A stretch of 32,010 bases of DNA from Gemmatimonadota bacterium (lineage in GTDB: Bacteria > Gemmatimonadota > Gemmatimonadetes > Gemmatimonadales > GWC2-71-9). The notes under the pieces are model-generated. The model searched no databases, was not told the origin of the DNA, and saw nothing but the letters and a program-made list of their open reading frames with translations. Positions within the stretch are counted from its first letter, which is position 1, and the number at the start of each line of letters is the position of its first letter. Both the position numbers and the translations under genes were made by a program. Positions 8,413 through 17,186 of this stretch are shown one piece after another. The stretch spans positions 1 through 32,010 of the forward strand of contig JAZDCZ010000330.1 of the NCBI GenBank assembly GCA_036679605.1. The letters run 5' to 3'.

Positions 8413-9059
8413 TGCAAGAACGCCACGTCACCGTCGAGAAGACTGCCCGTTACTTCACCATTGGTAATGAGGACAAGCCAAGCGAAGTATGGATCGCCTG
8501 TCACGGGTATACGCAACTGGCCCATCAATTCATTCAACTATTGGCGCCACTGGACGACGGTATGCGCTTGATCGTATGTCCCGAAGGCTTGAATCGCTTT
8601 TACACCGACCATAAATCACGACGTGTGGGTGCGGGCTGGATGACCAGCGAGGATCGCTTGGTAGAGATCGACGACTACATCCAATACTTGGACAAGCTCT
8701 ATGCTGCTGTCTTCGAGAGGGTCGATCACAGTGCCGTAAGATGCCACGTCCTCGGCTTTTCCCAGGGAGTGGCCGCGACGTGTCGCTGGGTAGTTAATGG
8801 AGGGACGGCGGTCGACCGCCTCATTATGTGGGGCGGGCTGCTACCGCCTGAGATAGACCTGATCTTGCACAAGAAGAAGCTGACGGAGTCACATCTGACT
8901 ATCGTGCTAGGGGACGAAGATGAACTCGTCAGTTCGCAAGACCGCACCAGGCAGGAAGATCAGCTACGCGAGCACGAAATTCCTTTCAAGACCATTGTGT
9001 TTGCGGGCGGACACAGATTGGACAGGACTGTGCTGGGCAGGCTAGCCGGCGGTGAATAG
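8412..9059 (+). CDS. Phospholipase/carboxylesterase-family alpha/beta hydrolase
   Basis: HGY oxyanion region, GFSQG nucleophile elbow, GDED, GGH. The GTG start overlaps the mmuM stop (TAGTG). Confidence 0.85.
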   Translation: MQERHVTVEKTARYFTIGNEDKPSEVWIACHGYTQLAHQFIQLLAPLDDGMRLIVCPEGLNRFYTDHKSRRVGAGWMTSEDRLVEIDDYIQYLDKLYAAVFERVDHSAVRCHVLGFSQGVAATCRWVVNGGTAVDRLIMWGGLLPPEIDLILHKKKLTESHLTIVLGDEDELVSSQDRTRQEDQLREHEIPFKTIVFAGGHRLDRTVLGRLAGGE

Positions 9060-9068
9060 TTTTGTCTT

Positions 9069-9650
9069 TCACTTAGTGCCCCAGGGTCCGACCTCATCCT
9101 CCGGCTCCACTCCCAAACCGTCGGCTATTCTGGTGATGTAGTTGAAGTAGCCGATCACCTGTGTAGCATCGTGAATCGCCGTGTCATCGAAGCCGTAGCC
9201 TCGCAACTTCTCGAGGTCAGCAGGGCCGATGTCGTGCTGGTTGTGTGTCAACTTGGCCGCAAATTCACAGAGTGCGTGATCTGCTGCCTCGAGTTCTGCA
9301 CTGGCCCAATTGTGAGCCACGCTGTGAACGAAATCGTCTGCTTTGGCAGGGTCGTCGAACAGATCGTCGACCTCAGCACGGAGGTCGTCGGCATGCGCCT
9401 GAGTTCAGTAGTAGCACTTGAGTTCACACGAAACGACGGTGGCAATCAGCTCTCGTTGCATTCGTGAGAGGGGAGACGGTGCCAACATGATCGCCTGATA
9501 GAAGTCCATGCTACCCTTTAGCGCTCGCGGATTGAGGCTCATGACGTGAATGATGTGCCATACCCGCCCGGCTCTTCGGATAGCTTTGTCGAATTCGGCC
9601 TTCAAGAGGCCGGTGGCTTTCTCTACTGCAACCTGCTTTATCCAGGGCAT
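9069..9650 (-). CDS. AhpD/carboxymuconolactone-decarboxylase-like peroxidase-related protein, probable selenoprotein (C79-Y-Y-U82), 193 aa
   Basis: One frame runs LSRMQRELIATVVSCELKCYY[TGA]TQAHADDLR...FAAKLT...LRGYGFDDTAIHDATQVIGYFNYITRIADGLG. The TGA (9405-9407) sits at the second Cys of the family CxxC-xxxH motif. A downstream hairpin is present. SD GGGAG lies upstream of ATG 9650. Confidence 0.85.
9368..9404 (-). promoter_or_regulatory. Candidate bacterial SECIS element
   Basis: After the UGA: ACUCAGGCGCAUGCCGA-CGACCUC-CGUGCU-GAGGUCG. This gives a 7-bp perfect stem, an apical loop starting 24 nt after the UGA, and G at loop position 2. Confidence 0.65.
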
Positions 9651-9787
9651 CTAGAATTGCTCCCACATGTCGTCCGCGTAATTTGTTCGGGTGGCCTCGC
9701 GATCCAATCGCCTAATCCGTATCTTTGCGCGCCGCCGAGATCCCGTTGGTGTCACTAAGCTTCCAATAGAGCAGAGGAGTTGTCAAC

Positions 9788-10855
9788 ATGAACCGCACCA
9801 AGTCCACCCCCGTTTACAGAACAATGATGCTGGTTGGCCTCTTGTTGAGTCCGATCGGACTTCAGGCGCAGAGTTCCGGGGAGATCGAGGAGGTCAAGAA
9901 CCAACTTTCACGTCATGTAGAGAGCTTGAGACACTCGCTTGATGTGCTTAACCGGCGGGTAGACGACGTGATGTTCTTCCAGCGCATGAGTGATGTGGCG
10001 GATATAGACATCATCACGTTCACCGGACCTCCTCGACGATACGAACCAAACCCGACGGCACAGGGAGCGGGAAACCCTCTGACCATACGCGCCTACGTGT
10101 TTGTTCCGAAAGGCCTGGATCGAACCAAGAAACAACCGTTAATCGTGTTTCCGCACGGTGGCGTGCATGGAAATTTCGGAACGGGAAATACGCATATTCT
10201 GCAGGAGATGTTGCAGCAGGGGTATACGGTAGTGGCACCCGAATATCGTGGCAGCACGGGATATGGCGGAGGATTCTACCGCGCAATCGACTACGGTGGC
10301 GTTGAAGTCGAGGATACTTACGCAGCCCGGAACGTCATGCTGGAAAATTATGAGTTTTTGGATCAAGACCGAGTCGGAATAGTGGGCTGGAGTCACGGAG
10401 GACTGCACGCTCTCATGAACATCTTCGAACATGGGAACAGCTACGCCGCTGCATACGCAGGTGTGCCGGTCAGTGACCTAATAGCTAGGATGGGATACAA
10501 GACCCAAGGATATCGCGACCTATATTCGGCGGAATATCATATCGGTAAGTCGGCGTATGAAGACGTGGAGGAATACAGGAGGCGATCACCTTCGTGGAAT
10601 GCCGACAAGTATGACGGAACGCCGCTGTTGATTCACACTAACACCAACGATCAAGATGTAAATGTGCTGGAGGTCGAACGCCTTATTCAGGCGCTGAAGG
10701 CCGCAGGCAAGCGTGGATTCGAGTTCAAGATCTATCAGGATGCCCCAGGAGGTCATGGGTTTAATCGCCTGGACACGAAATTCGCTCGTGACTCTCGGCG
10801 TGAGATTTGGCGTTTCTTGGCTCCGATTCTGCGGCCGGATAACCCAATACGATAG
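9788..10855 (+). CDS. Exported S9 (prolyl oligopeptidase-family) serine peptidase
   Basis: Signal peptide, PLIVFPHGG, PEYRGSTGYG, GWSHGG nucleophile, NDQDV, GGHGF. AGGAG SD. Confidence 0.88.
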   Translation: MNRTKSTPVYRTMMLVGLLLSPIGLQAQSSGEIEEVKNQLSRHVESLRHSLDVLNRRVDDVMFFQRMSDVADIDIITFTGPPRRYEPNPTAQGAGNPLTIRAYVFVPKGLDRTKKQPLIVFPHGGVHGNFGTGNTHILQEMLQQGYTVVAPEYRGSTGYGGGFYRAIDYGGVEVEDTYAARNVMLENYEFLDQDRVGIVGWSHGGLHALMNIFEHGNSYAAAYAGVPVSDLIARMGYKTQGYRDLYSAEYHIGKSAYEDVEEYRRRSPSWNADKYDGTPLLIHTNTNDQDVNVLEVERLIQALKAAGKRGFEFKIYQDAPGGHGFNRLDTKFARDSRREIWRFLAPILRPDNPIR

Positions 10856-10916
10856 TGGGCGGGCAAGCGGAGCTAGGGTCGGTAGCCGGCTCGACGCAGG
10901 GGCTGGAAAACGTCCC

Positions 10917-12095
10917 CTAGTTGATTGATTTGACGACTCGTCCGAGGAACTCGTCTATTTTGGGAGCCTGAATCCACCGAACGACGACGACCAAGTCATT
11001 GTCCGGATCGATCCAAATCACGTTCGATCCGCCGCCGAGGGCTGCGAAGCTTTGTGCCGACACGCTGGGCCACTGTTGGTGGTCTGTGTTGAGCCACCAC
11101 ATATAGCCGTAGTTGGATCGGATATCGGTGGGCGTGGTGGTGCGGTCTACCCAATCGTGCGGCAGAAGTTGGCGCTCCTTCCATTGTCCCTTGCGCAGGA
11201 ACAAGTATCCGAATCGAGCTTGGTCTCGTGAACTGATCCACATGCCTCCGCCCCAATGCCCGCCACCGCTCACGGACTTGATCTTCCTGCCGTCGATCAC
11301 TACGTCCGAATCGAAATAGCCATGCCATTCCCAGGTACCGGATGCGTCGATGGGGCCCATGATCCGCTCCTGCAAGATTTCTGGGAGAGGTCTTCTCCAC
11401 AGTTGGAGCAGCGATAGGGCCAGCAGGTTAACTCGCACATCGTTGTACTCCCAGAATGTTCCAGGTTCCTGCAGTTCACGGTCTCGTCCACGCCGCCGGT
11501 CGGCTACGTCCGGCTTGCCCCACAACTCGCCCTCCCATTCACTCGTTTGTTGCAGCAGATGCTGCCAAGTGATAGCGGAGTTATGCGGCTTGTCGAACGA
11601 TTCATCGATATGATAATCTTTCACGGACTCGCGGACATTTTTGATGAGGGCGTCACCGACGGCCAATCCGGCAGTCGTGGATACGAAGCTCTTGGAGACA
11701 CTGAAGGTCATGTCTACTCGCTTCGTGTCGCCCCACTCGGCGACAATGTAGCCGTTGCGGATGACGAGGCCGTTCATTCCGCCACGGTCTTTCATCGGCC
11801 CGATGATATCTCCGTATGGCACGTTAGCCAGGCGTGTTGAAAGCATGAGCTGAAGGTCACGTGGCTCAGTCGATTCACTCGCAATAGCGAAAGCGACTGC
11901 GTCACTGAGTGAGGTACTGTCCATTCCCACTGCTGTGGGTGACCGGTGTTCCCAGGCGTCGCCCGTCCCTGGGTAATACGTGTCGGCCTGCGTCTGCGAT
12001 CGTGTGGCAGTTAGGAGCACGATCGCGGTGGCCAGGAAAACCAGCCACGCGGATGCGGGGTTCGTCCGTCTTTTCAGTCTGTTAGATTTGTTCAC
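10917..12095 (-). CDS. Serine hydrolase, beta-lactamase class C / 6-aminohexanoate-dimer hydrolase-like
   Basis: FSVSKS (SxxK), ITWQHLL, PGTFWEYND, ARFGYLFLRKGQW, YGYMWW, and an N-terminal signal peptide. GTG start with TAAGGT upstream; start position is uncertain. Confidence 0.88.
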   Translation of the reverse strand: MNKSNRLKRRTNPASAWLVFLATAIVLLTATRSQTQADTYYPGTGDAWEHRSPTAVGMDSTSLSDAVAFAIASESTEPRDLQLMLSTRLANVPYGDIIGPMKDRGGMNGLVIRNGYIVAEWGDTKRVDMTFSVSKSFVSTTAGLAVGDALIKNVRESVKDYHIDESFDKPHNSAITWQHLLQQTSEWEGELWGKPDVADRRRGRDRELQEPGTFWEYNDVRVNLLALSLLQLWRRPLPEILQERIMGPIDASGTWEWHGYFDSDVVIDGRKIKSVSGGGHWGGGMWISSRDQARFGYLFLRKGQWKERQLLPHDWVDRTTTPTDIRSNYGYMWWLNTDHQQWPSVSAQSFAALGGGSNVIWIDPDNDLVVVVRWIQAPKIDEFLGRVVKSIN

Positions 12096-12115
12096 GACCT
12101 TATCCGAGGAGACAG

Positions 12116-12268
12116 GTGGCGGAGAAAAGACGCCGCTCGAGCAGTGTTATCGTAGCGCCGCCCCGGCCCATATCCCGACGCAGATTGCGGCGCCGCCGAG
12201 TACTAATACTAGCGCTGGTAGCTGTGATCGTGGCAGTGGCTGTCCTTTTCTGGATGGTGGGGCTGTAG
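12116..12268 (+). CDS. Small (50 aa) Arg-rich protein with a single C-terminal TM helix
   Basis: GAGGAG SD then GTG. Translates as MAEKRRRSSSVIVAPPRPISRRRLRRRRVLILALVAVIVAVAVLFWMVGL*. It is below the ORF-track length cut-off. Confidence 0.6.
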   Translation: MAEKRRRSSSVIVAPPRPISRRRLRRRRVLILALVAVIVAVAVLFWMVGL

Positions 12269-12371
12269 GCCAGGATCCCCAATGTCCCGCCCACGATGCG
12301 AAAGAGACTTCTGACACAGTGCACTAGAACGTATTATGGGTGGAAAACGTACTCATTCATAGGGAGGTCAT

Positions 12372-12974
12372 ATGCCCACCGGTGGCAACGGCATCAGGAT
12401 CGCGGTCATCTGCGGCAGCGTGAGGCCGGGTAACTATACGTCCCATGCAGTTGCTTTAGTGCTGGACGAGTTGAGCCAACGCTCTGACGTAAGTATCGAG
12501 TCGGTGGATCCATCCTCCATGCATCTTCCATTGCCTGGACAAGATGGCGACGTGGCTGATGTGGAAGCTCTGATGGCCAAGGTGTCGGCTTGCACCGGTG
12601 TGATCTTTGCTACTCCTGAGTACCATGGGAGCTTCAGCAGCGTTACCAAGCTGATCATAGAGAACCTGGGTTTTCCATCGGTGCTAGCTGGGAAGCCCGT
12701 GGCGCTTCTCGGAGTTGCTGCGGGAGCCATCGGGGCGATCAAGTCGCTCGAACAGTTACGAAATGTGTGCTCACACGTCGGAGCGATTGTTTTGCCTGGG
12801 CCTGTATCGGTGGCGCACGTTCGAGACGTTTTCGACGATAAAGGCATCTGTTTGGACGAACGAGTGGAGGCACAAGTACGTGGGCTTCCGAACAGGCTGA
12901 TGGATTACATCGACCGTCATGTATGTCCGGCTGTCTCTCTGGAGGCGATGGTTCGGGAGGGCGTGTCTGGGTAA
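12372..12974 (+). CDS. NADPH-dependent FMN reductase (flavodoxin-like)
   Basis: ICGSVRPG phosphate-binding loop, ATPEYHGS...KL, GKPVALLG. GGAGG SD. Confidence 0.9.
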   Translation: MPTGGNGIRIAVICGSVRPGNYTSHAVALVLDELSQRSDVSIESVDPSSMHLPLPGQDGDVADVEALMAKVSACTGVIFATPEYHGSFSSVTKLIIENLGFPSVLAGKPVALLGVAAGAIGAIKSLEQLRNVCSHVGAIVLPGPVSVAHVRDVFDDKGICLDERVEAQVRGLPNRLMDYIDRHVCPAVSLEAMVREGVSG

Positions 12975-13065
12975 ACAGTTAGTGGTGTAGTTTCGGAACC
13001 AAAGGGGGCAATTGGCGGTATTGAGAGAGGGCATTCAAGGACTGGAGACAACGACCGCGCTGCGA

Positions 13066-13893
13066 ATGAACTTATCTTACCGCCGTGTCACGATCGCCGC
13101 GATAGGGCTGGCGACGAGCCTGCCTGCCATGGCTATGTTTTCCGGCGGATCCTTCCGATGGTTATCTCCGACACCAGACTCTGTGGTCGAGCAGCCTCAA
13201 GACGCAGAGACGCCTGTTCCCGGCAGGGCTTTTTACTTCACACGAGCGGTTTACAGCGGTCAGCGGCGTGGCTTCGACCGCGGTTACGGCAGGGGTAGCT
13301 GGGCCACCGATTGGCCCAAGGCCGATATCCAATTTCTCATAGGGGTCAAGCGGCTCACGAACATCGACGCCTACGAGTACGACAATCCGGTTCGGCTCGA
13401 TGACCCAAACTTGCGCCGATACCCACTCATCTACGCTCTCGAGGTTGGGTACATGGCTCTGACAGAGCCAGAGGTCGTCGGTCTCCGAGGATACCTGTTG
13501 GCTGGCGGATTCCTGGTGATCGACGATTTTTGGGGTAGCTATCAATGGGCCAACTTTGAGCAACAGATCAGAAGAGTGGTACCGGAATTCCCGATCGTCG
13601 ACATTCCTCTCGATCATCCACTCCTCAATGCGTTCTACAACATTGACGAAATTGTGCAAGTACCCAACGTCGGAAATGGTAGGAGAGGGGGTCCGACCTG
13701 GGAACGCGATGGATTCACACCCAAACTCAAGGGCATCTTTGACGATCGGGGACGCCTCATGGTTGTCATAAACTGGAACACCGATTTGGGAGATGCATGG
13801 GAATGGGCGGAGGATCCGTGGTATCCGATCAAGTACTCTAATTTCGCCTACAGTATGGGTATCAACATGATCGTTTACGGCATGAGCCACTAG
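13066..13893 (+). CDS. DUF4159 domain protein (exported)
   Basis: WATDWPKAD, YPLIYALEVG, LRGYLLAGGFLVIDDFWG, NTDLGDAWEW, GINMIVYGMSH. Start codon uncertain (13066 or 13129). Confidence 0.82.
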   Translation: MNLSYRRVTIAAIGLATSLPAMAMFSGGSFRWLSPTPDSVVEQPQDAETPVPGRAFYFTRAVYSGQRRGFDRGYGRGSWATDWPKADIQFLIGVKRLTNIDAYEYDNPVRLDDPNLRRYPLIYALEVGYMALTEPEVVGLRGYLLAGGFLVIDDFWGSYQWANFEQQIRRVVPEFPIVDIPLDHPLLNAFYNIDEIVQVPNVGNGRRGGPTWERDGFTPKLKGIFDDRGRLMVVINWNTDLGDAWEWAEDPWYPIKYSNFAYSMGINMIVYGMSH

Positions 13894-16188
13894 ATGAGTC
13901 AGTTTTTCGAAGGCGTTTTTCAATTTCTGTTCAAGTACCGTCCTGTGGTGTTTGAGCGCGGCGATTTTGTATTTGGTGTTTCTTGGCCGGCTCTTTTGCT
14001 CATTGTCATGGCGGCTGCGGTGGTGCTACCACCTCTGGTCACGTATGGTGGCATGCGCAGCAAGCTGAGATCGCTCGATCGCGCACTGCTTACCACACTC
14101 AGAGTCACTGCTATGGGCATCCTCTTGTTTGCCTTACTCCGCCCCATGTTGGTGGTAGCCACGGTTGTACCGCAGCAGAACTTCCTAGCGGTTCTGATAG
14201 ACGACTCCCGGAGCATGCAGATCGCCGATGAAGACGGGATACCGCGAAGCGAGTTCGTAAACAAGTTGTTCGGGCCTGACGGTAGCGACGTCATGACGCA
14301 ATTGGCAGATCGTTTCAAGTTACGCTTCTACGGATTTTCGGAGAGCGCGACGCAACTCGCTAGTGCTGCAGATTTGACCTATGAGGGGCAGCAAACCAGG
14401 CTCGCTAGTGCGCTAAGCCGTGTGTCGAGTGAACTGTCGTCGGTGCCTCTTGCCGGAATCGTTTTGGTCACTGACGGAGCTGACAACTCTGCGATCCCTC
14501 TCACCGAGTCGATATTGCAACTTCGCGGGCGAAACTTACCCGTGCACGCGGTTGGGTTGGGGCGCGAACACTTTGCCAAAGATATCGAGATCACGAGCGT
14601 ACAGGCGCCGCGTCGAGTGCTTCGTGGGTCGTCGGTAGCGGTGGACGTGATGATCGTCCATTCAGGATTCAGCGGCAAAACCATTCAATTGCACGTCGAA
14701 GACGATGGGCGGATAGTCAGCACACAGGAAATCGAAATGCCGAGGGATGGTGAGGTGGTGACGGTACGAACGCACTTCACGGCCGACGAGGTGGGAGCGC
14801 GCGTCTTTCGATTCCGCGTTGTTCCTGAAGATGGCGAGTTGGTGTTGGAGAATAACTCCCGCGAGGCGTTAGTGGTCGTAGTCGACCGGCGGGAAAAGAT
14901 CCTCTACTTCGAAGGAGAACCACGATGGGAAGTGAAATTCATACGACGGGCGGTCGAGGATGACGAGAATCTCCAGATCGTAACACTGCAACAAACAGCG
15001 GAGAACAAGTTCTACCGCATCGGCGTCGATGATGAAGACGAGGTTGCGGATGGGTTTCCCAAGAGGCGTGAAGACCTGTTTGAGTACCGCGCTCTTATCT
15101 TGGGAAGTGTGAAGGCAAGTTTTTTCACGCACGATCAGCTCCAGATGATTGCAGAATTCGTGAGTCAGCGTGGGGGTGGGTTGCTGACTTTGGGGGGTAG
15201 GAATTCATTTTCGGAAGGTGGATGGGCCGGCACTCCCGTGGCTGAAGTGTTGCCGGTGGTACTTAAGCAGAAGGCCCCCGGAGAGACGTCTGAGTTCTTT
15301 GTGGAAGCGAAGGTGGCGCTGACTCCCGTTGGCCGCTCCCATCCGATAACGCAGATCGCCGACCTACCCAAGGCGTCGAGCCAACGTTGGACGGAGCTGC
15401 CACCTCTATCAATTATCAACCCCATTACAGAGACAAAACCAGGCGCGAGCACCTTGCTCACCGGCAGAGGAGATGGTGAGAACTTTATTGTTTTGGCATC
15501 GCAGCGCTACGGGCGGGGTCGGGTCTTGTCGTTTCCTGTTCAGGATTCATGGATCTGGCAGATGCACGCGGACATACCGCTGGAGGACATGACACATGAA
15601 ATGTTTTGGCGGCAGTTGCTGAGGTGGTTGATTAACTCGGTACCAGACAGGGTTTCGGCGACAGTATCCAGGGACAGGGTGGGAATACAGCAGTCGGTAG
15701 AGATAACGACTGAAGCACTTGATTCCGCCTACTTGGAGGTGAACGATGCCGACGTAGTTGCTCACGTCATCACTCCGAGTGGGTCGGAGCGCGAAGTTCC
15801 ACTCGAGTGGACTGTAGAGCGTGATGGAGAGTACAAGGCAAGCTTCGTTCCCGAGGACTACGGTATGTATGAGGTTCGCATAGATGCGGGCCGGAACGGC
15901 GCGGTGTTGGGTAGCGGTGCCTCCTACGTGCAGGTGGCCGAACCAGTAGACGAGTTTTTCGATGCGGAGATGCGCGCGTCGCTGCTCAAGCGACTGGCTG
16001 ACGAAACTGGCGGTCGTTTCTACACGCCCGAGACCGTTTCGTCACTTCCCGAGGACGTACAGTTTACTGAAAGCGGATCCACAATTCTGGAGGAGAAAGA
16101 TCTTTGGGACATGCCGGCCGTGTTCTTCTTGCTTCTTGCACTGGTCGGGGTGGAGTGGGGATACCGGCGGACCAGGGGGCTGGTGTGA
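13894..16188 (+). CDS. Membrane protein with vWA, Ig-like and glutamine-amidotransferase-like domains
   Basis: Two N-terminal TMs, MIDAS-like DDSRSM and VTDG, ILYFEGEPRWE, FVSQRGGGLLTLGG, QRYGRGR, and a C-terminal TM ending EWGYRRTRGLV. Confidence 0.8.
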   Translation: MSQFFEGVFQFLFKYRPVVFERGDFVFGVSWPALLLIVMAAAVVLPPLVTYGGMRSKLRSLDRALLTTLRVTAMGILLFALLRPMLVVATVVPQQNFLAVLIDDSRSMQIADEDGIPRSEFVNKLFGPDGSDVMTQLADRFKLRFYGFSESATQLASAADLTYEGQQTRLASALSRVSSELSSVPLAGIVLVTDGADNSAIPLTESILQLRGRNLPVHAVGLGREHFAKDIEITSVQAPRRVLRGSSVAVDVMIVHSGFSGKTIQLHVEDDGRIVSTQEIEMPRDGEVVTVRTHFTADEVGARVFRFRVVPEDGELVLENNSREALVVVVDRREKILYFEGEPRWEVKFIRRAVEDDENLQIVTLQQTAENKFYRIGVDDEDEVADGFPKRREDLFEYRALILGSVKASFFTHDQLQMIAEFVSQRGGGLLTLGGRNSFSEGGWAGTPVAEVLPVVLKQKAPGETSEFFVEAKVALTPVGRSHPITQIADLPKASSQRWTELPPLSIINPITETKPGASTLLTGRGDGENFIVLASQRYGRGRVLSFPVQDSWIWQMHADIPLEDMTHEMFWRQLLRWLINSVPDRVSATVSRDRVGIQQSVEITTEALDSAYLEVNDADVVAHVITPSGSEREVPLEWTVERDGEYKASFVPEDYGMYEVRIDAGRNGAVLGSGASYVQVAEPVDEFFDAEMRASLLKRLADETGGRFYTPETVSSLPEDVQFTESGSTILEEKDLWDMPAVFFLLLALVGVEWGYRRTRGLV

Positions 16189-17186
16189 TGCGGGCACTGG
16201 GTGGAGCGACTGTTGCCGTGTGTCTTCTGTGGCAGCCGATTATGGCGCAGACTGAGGTCGTGATAGTGAGCGGATTGGGTGGGGACAGTTACCACCGCGA
16301 CCTGTTCCACGGGTGGGCGGTGCAGATGATTGAGGCGGCAACCGATCGATTCGGGGTTCCGGTCAGCAATATCACCTACTTGGCCGAGCGACCCGAACGA
16401 GATCCCGATCTAATCGACGGCAAGTCTACGAAGAAGAACATCGAAGATGTCTTGAGTCTCTTGATCGATGCGCCGGCGCCAGACGGGATATTCATTTTGC
16501 TCATTGGACACGGTAGTTACCAGGGCGACGAATCGCGATTGAGTCTTCCAGGTCCTGACATGACGCCCAAGGATTTCGCACATGTCATTAATAGGTTCCG
16601 TTCGCGGAGAATCGTGGTGGCCAACACATCGAGTGCCAGCGGTGAGTTCATTGCGGCGCTTTCCGGGCCCGGCCGTACCATCGTGACTGCTACGAAATCC
16701 GCCTTTGAGCGAAACGACGCGATCTTCGGCAAGCATTTCATCGGTGCGTTTGCCAACGACGTGGCCGACGTAGACAAAGATGATCGGGTGTCCGTATTGG
16801 AGGCCTTCGACTACGCTCGTCGGGAAGTGGCCCGAGAGTATGAGTCCGACAAGCAACTGCTGACCGAACACGCGCAGCTCGATGACAACGGCGACGGCAA
16901 GGGGAGTTCCGAGCCAGGAGCCAACGCACCGGATGGAGCACTGGCCGCGTCGATGTTCCTGACCGGGTCTGCGGAGACCATGGTGGTGGATGCCGCGGGT
17001 GATCCTGAACTGGCGGCGCTTCATGAGAAGCAGCGAATACTACAGCAACGCATTGCCGATCTTCGAGCCCTAAAGAGCAAGACCGAGCCGGAAGTGTACC
17101 GGCGCGAGTTGGAAACACTGTTGCTGGAGTTGGCGCAAACATCGCGGGCAATTCGAAGCCGCAAGCCAGAGAGCCGGCAACCTTGA
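16188..17186 (+). CDS. Exported caspase/legumain (clan CD)-like fold protein with C-terminal coiled coil
   Basis: Signal peptide, LLIGHGS, VVANTSSASG, IVTATKS, DxDxD-type loops (DVDKDDRVSVLE, DDNGDGKG). The ATG overlaps the upstream TGA. Confidence 0.6.
   Translation: MRALGGATVAVCLLWQPIMAQTEVVIVSGLGGDSYHRDLFHGWAVQMIEAATDRFGVPVSNITYLAERPERDPDLIDGKSTKKNIEDVLSLLIDAPAPDGIFILLIGHGSYQGDESRLSLPGPDMTPKDFAHVINRFRSRRIVVANTSSASGEFIAALSGPGRTIVTATKSAFERNDAIFGKHFIGAFANDVADVDKDDRVSVLEAFDYARREVAREYESDKQLLTEHAQLDDNGDGKGSSEPGANAPDGALAASMFLTGSAETMVVDAAGDPELAALHEKQRILQQRIADLRALKSKTEPEVYRRELETLLLELAQTSRAIRSRKPESRQP

Noticed and set aside
9069..9650. Two separate small genes, a pseudogene, or UGA=Trp/Gly genetic code
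   Set aside because: The TGA falls exactly at a redox-motif Cys position, has a SECIS-like hairpin and an intact downstream frame. TGA acts as a normal stop in several other genes here. A nonsense mutation cannot be formally excluded without seeing the sel genes.
10917..12095. Calling this a beta-lactamase
   Set aside because: The SxxK family is broad, and no class C KTG motif is evident.
11980..12327. ORF-track calls 12100-12324 (-) and 11980-12327 (+)
   Set aside because: The Thr/Ala-rich minus ORF is the antisense shadow of the hydrophobic 50-aa plus-strand ORF, which has the SD and a coherent topology. The other plus ORF overlaps the serine hydrolase gene.
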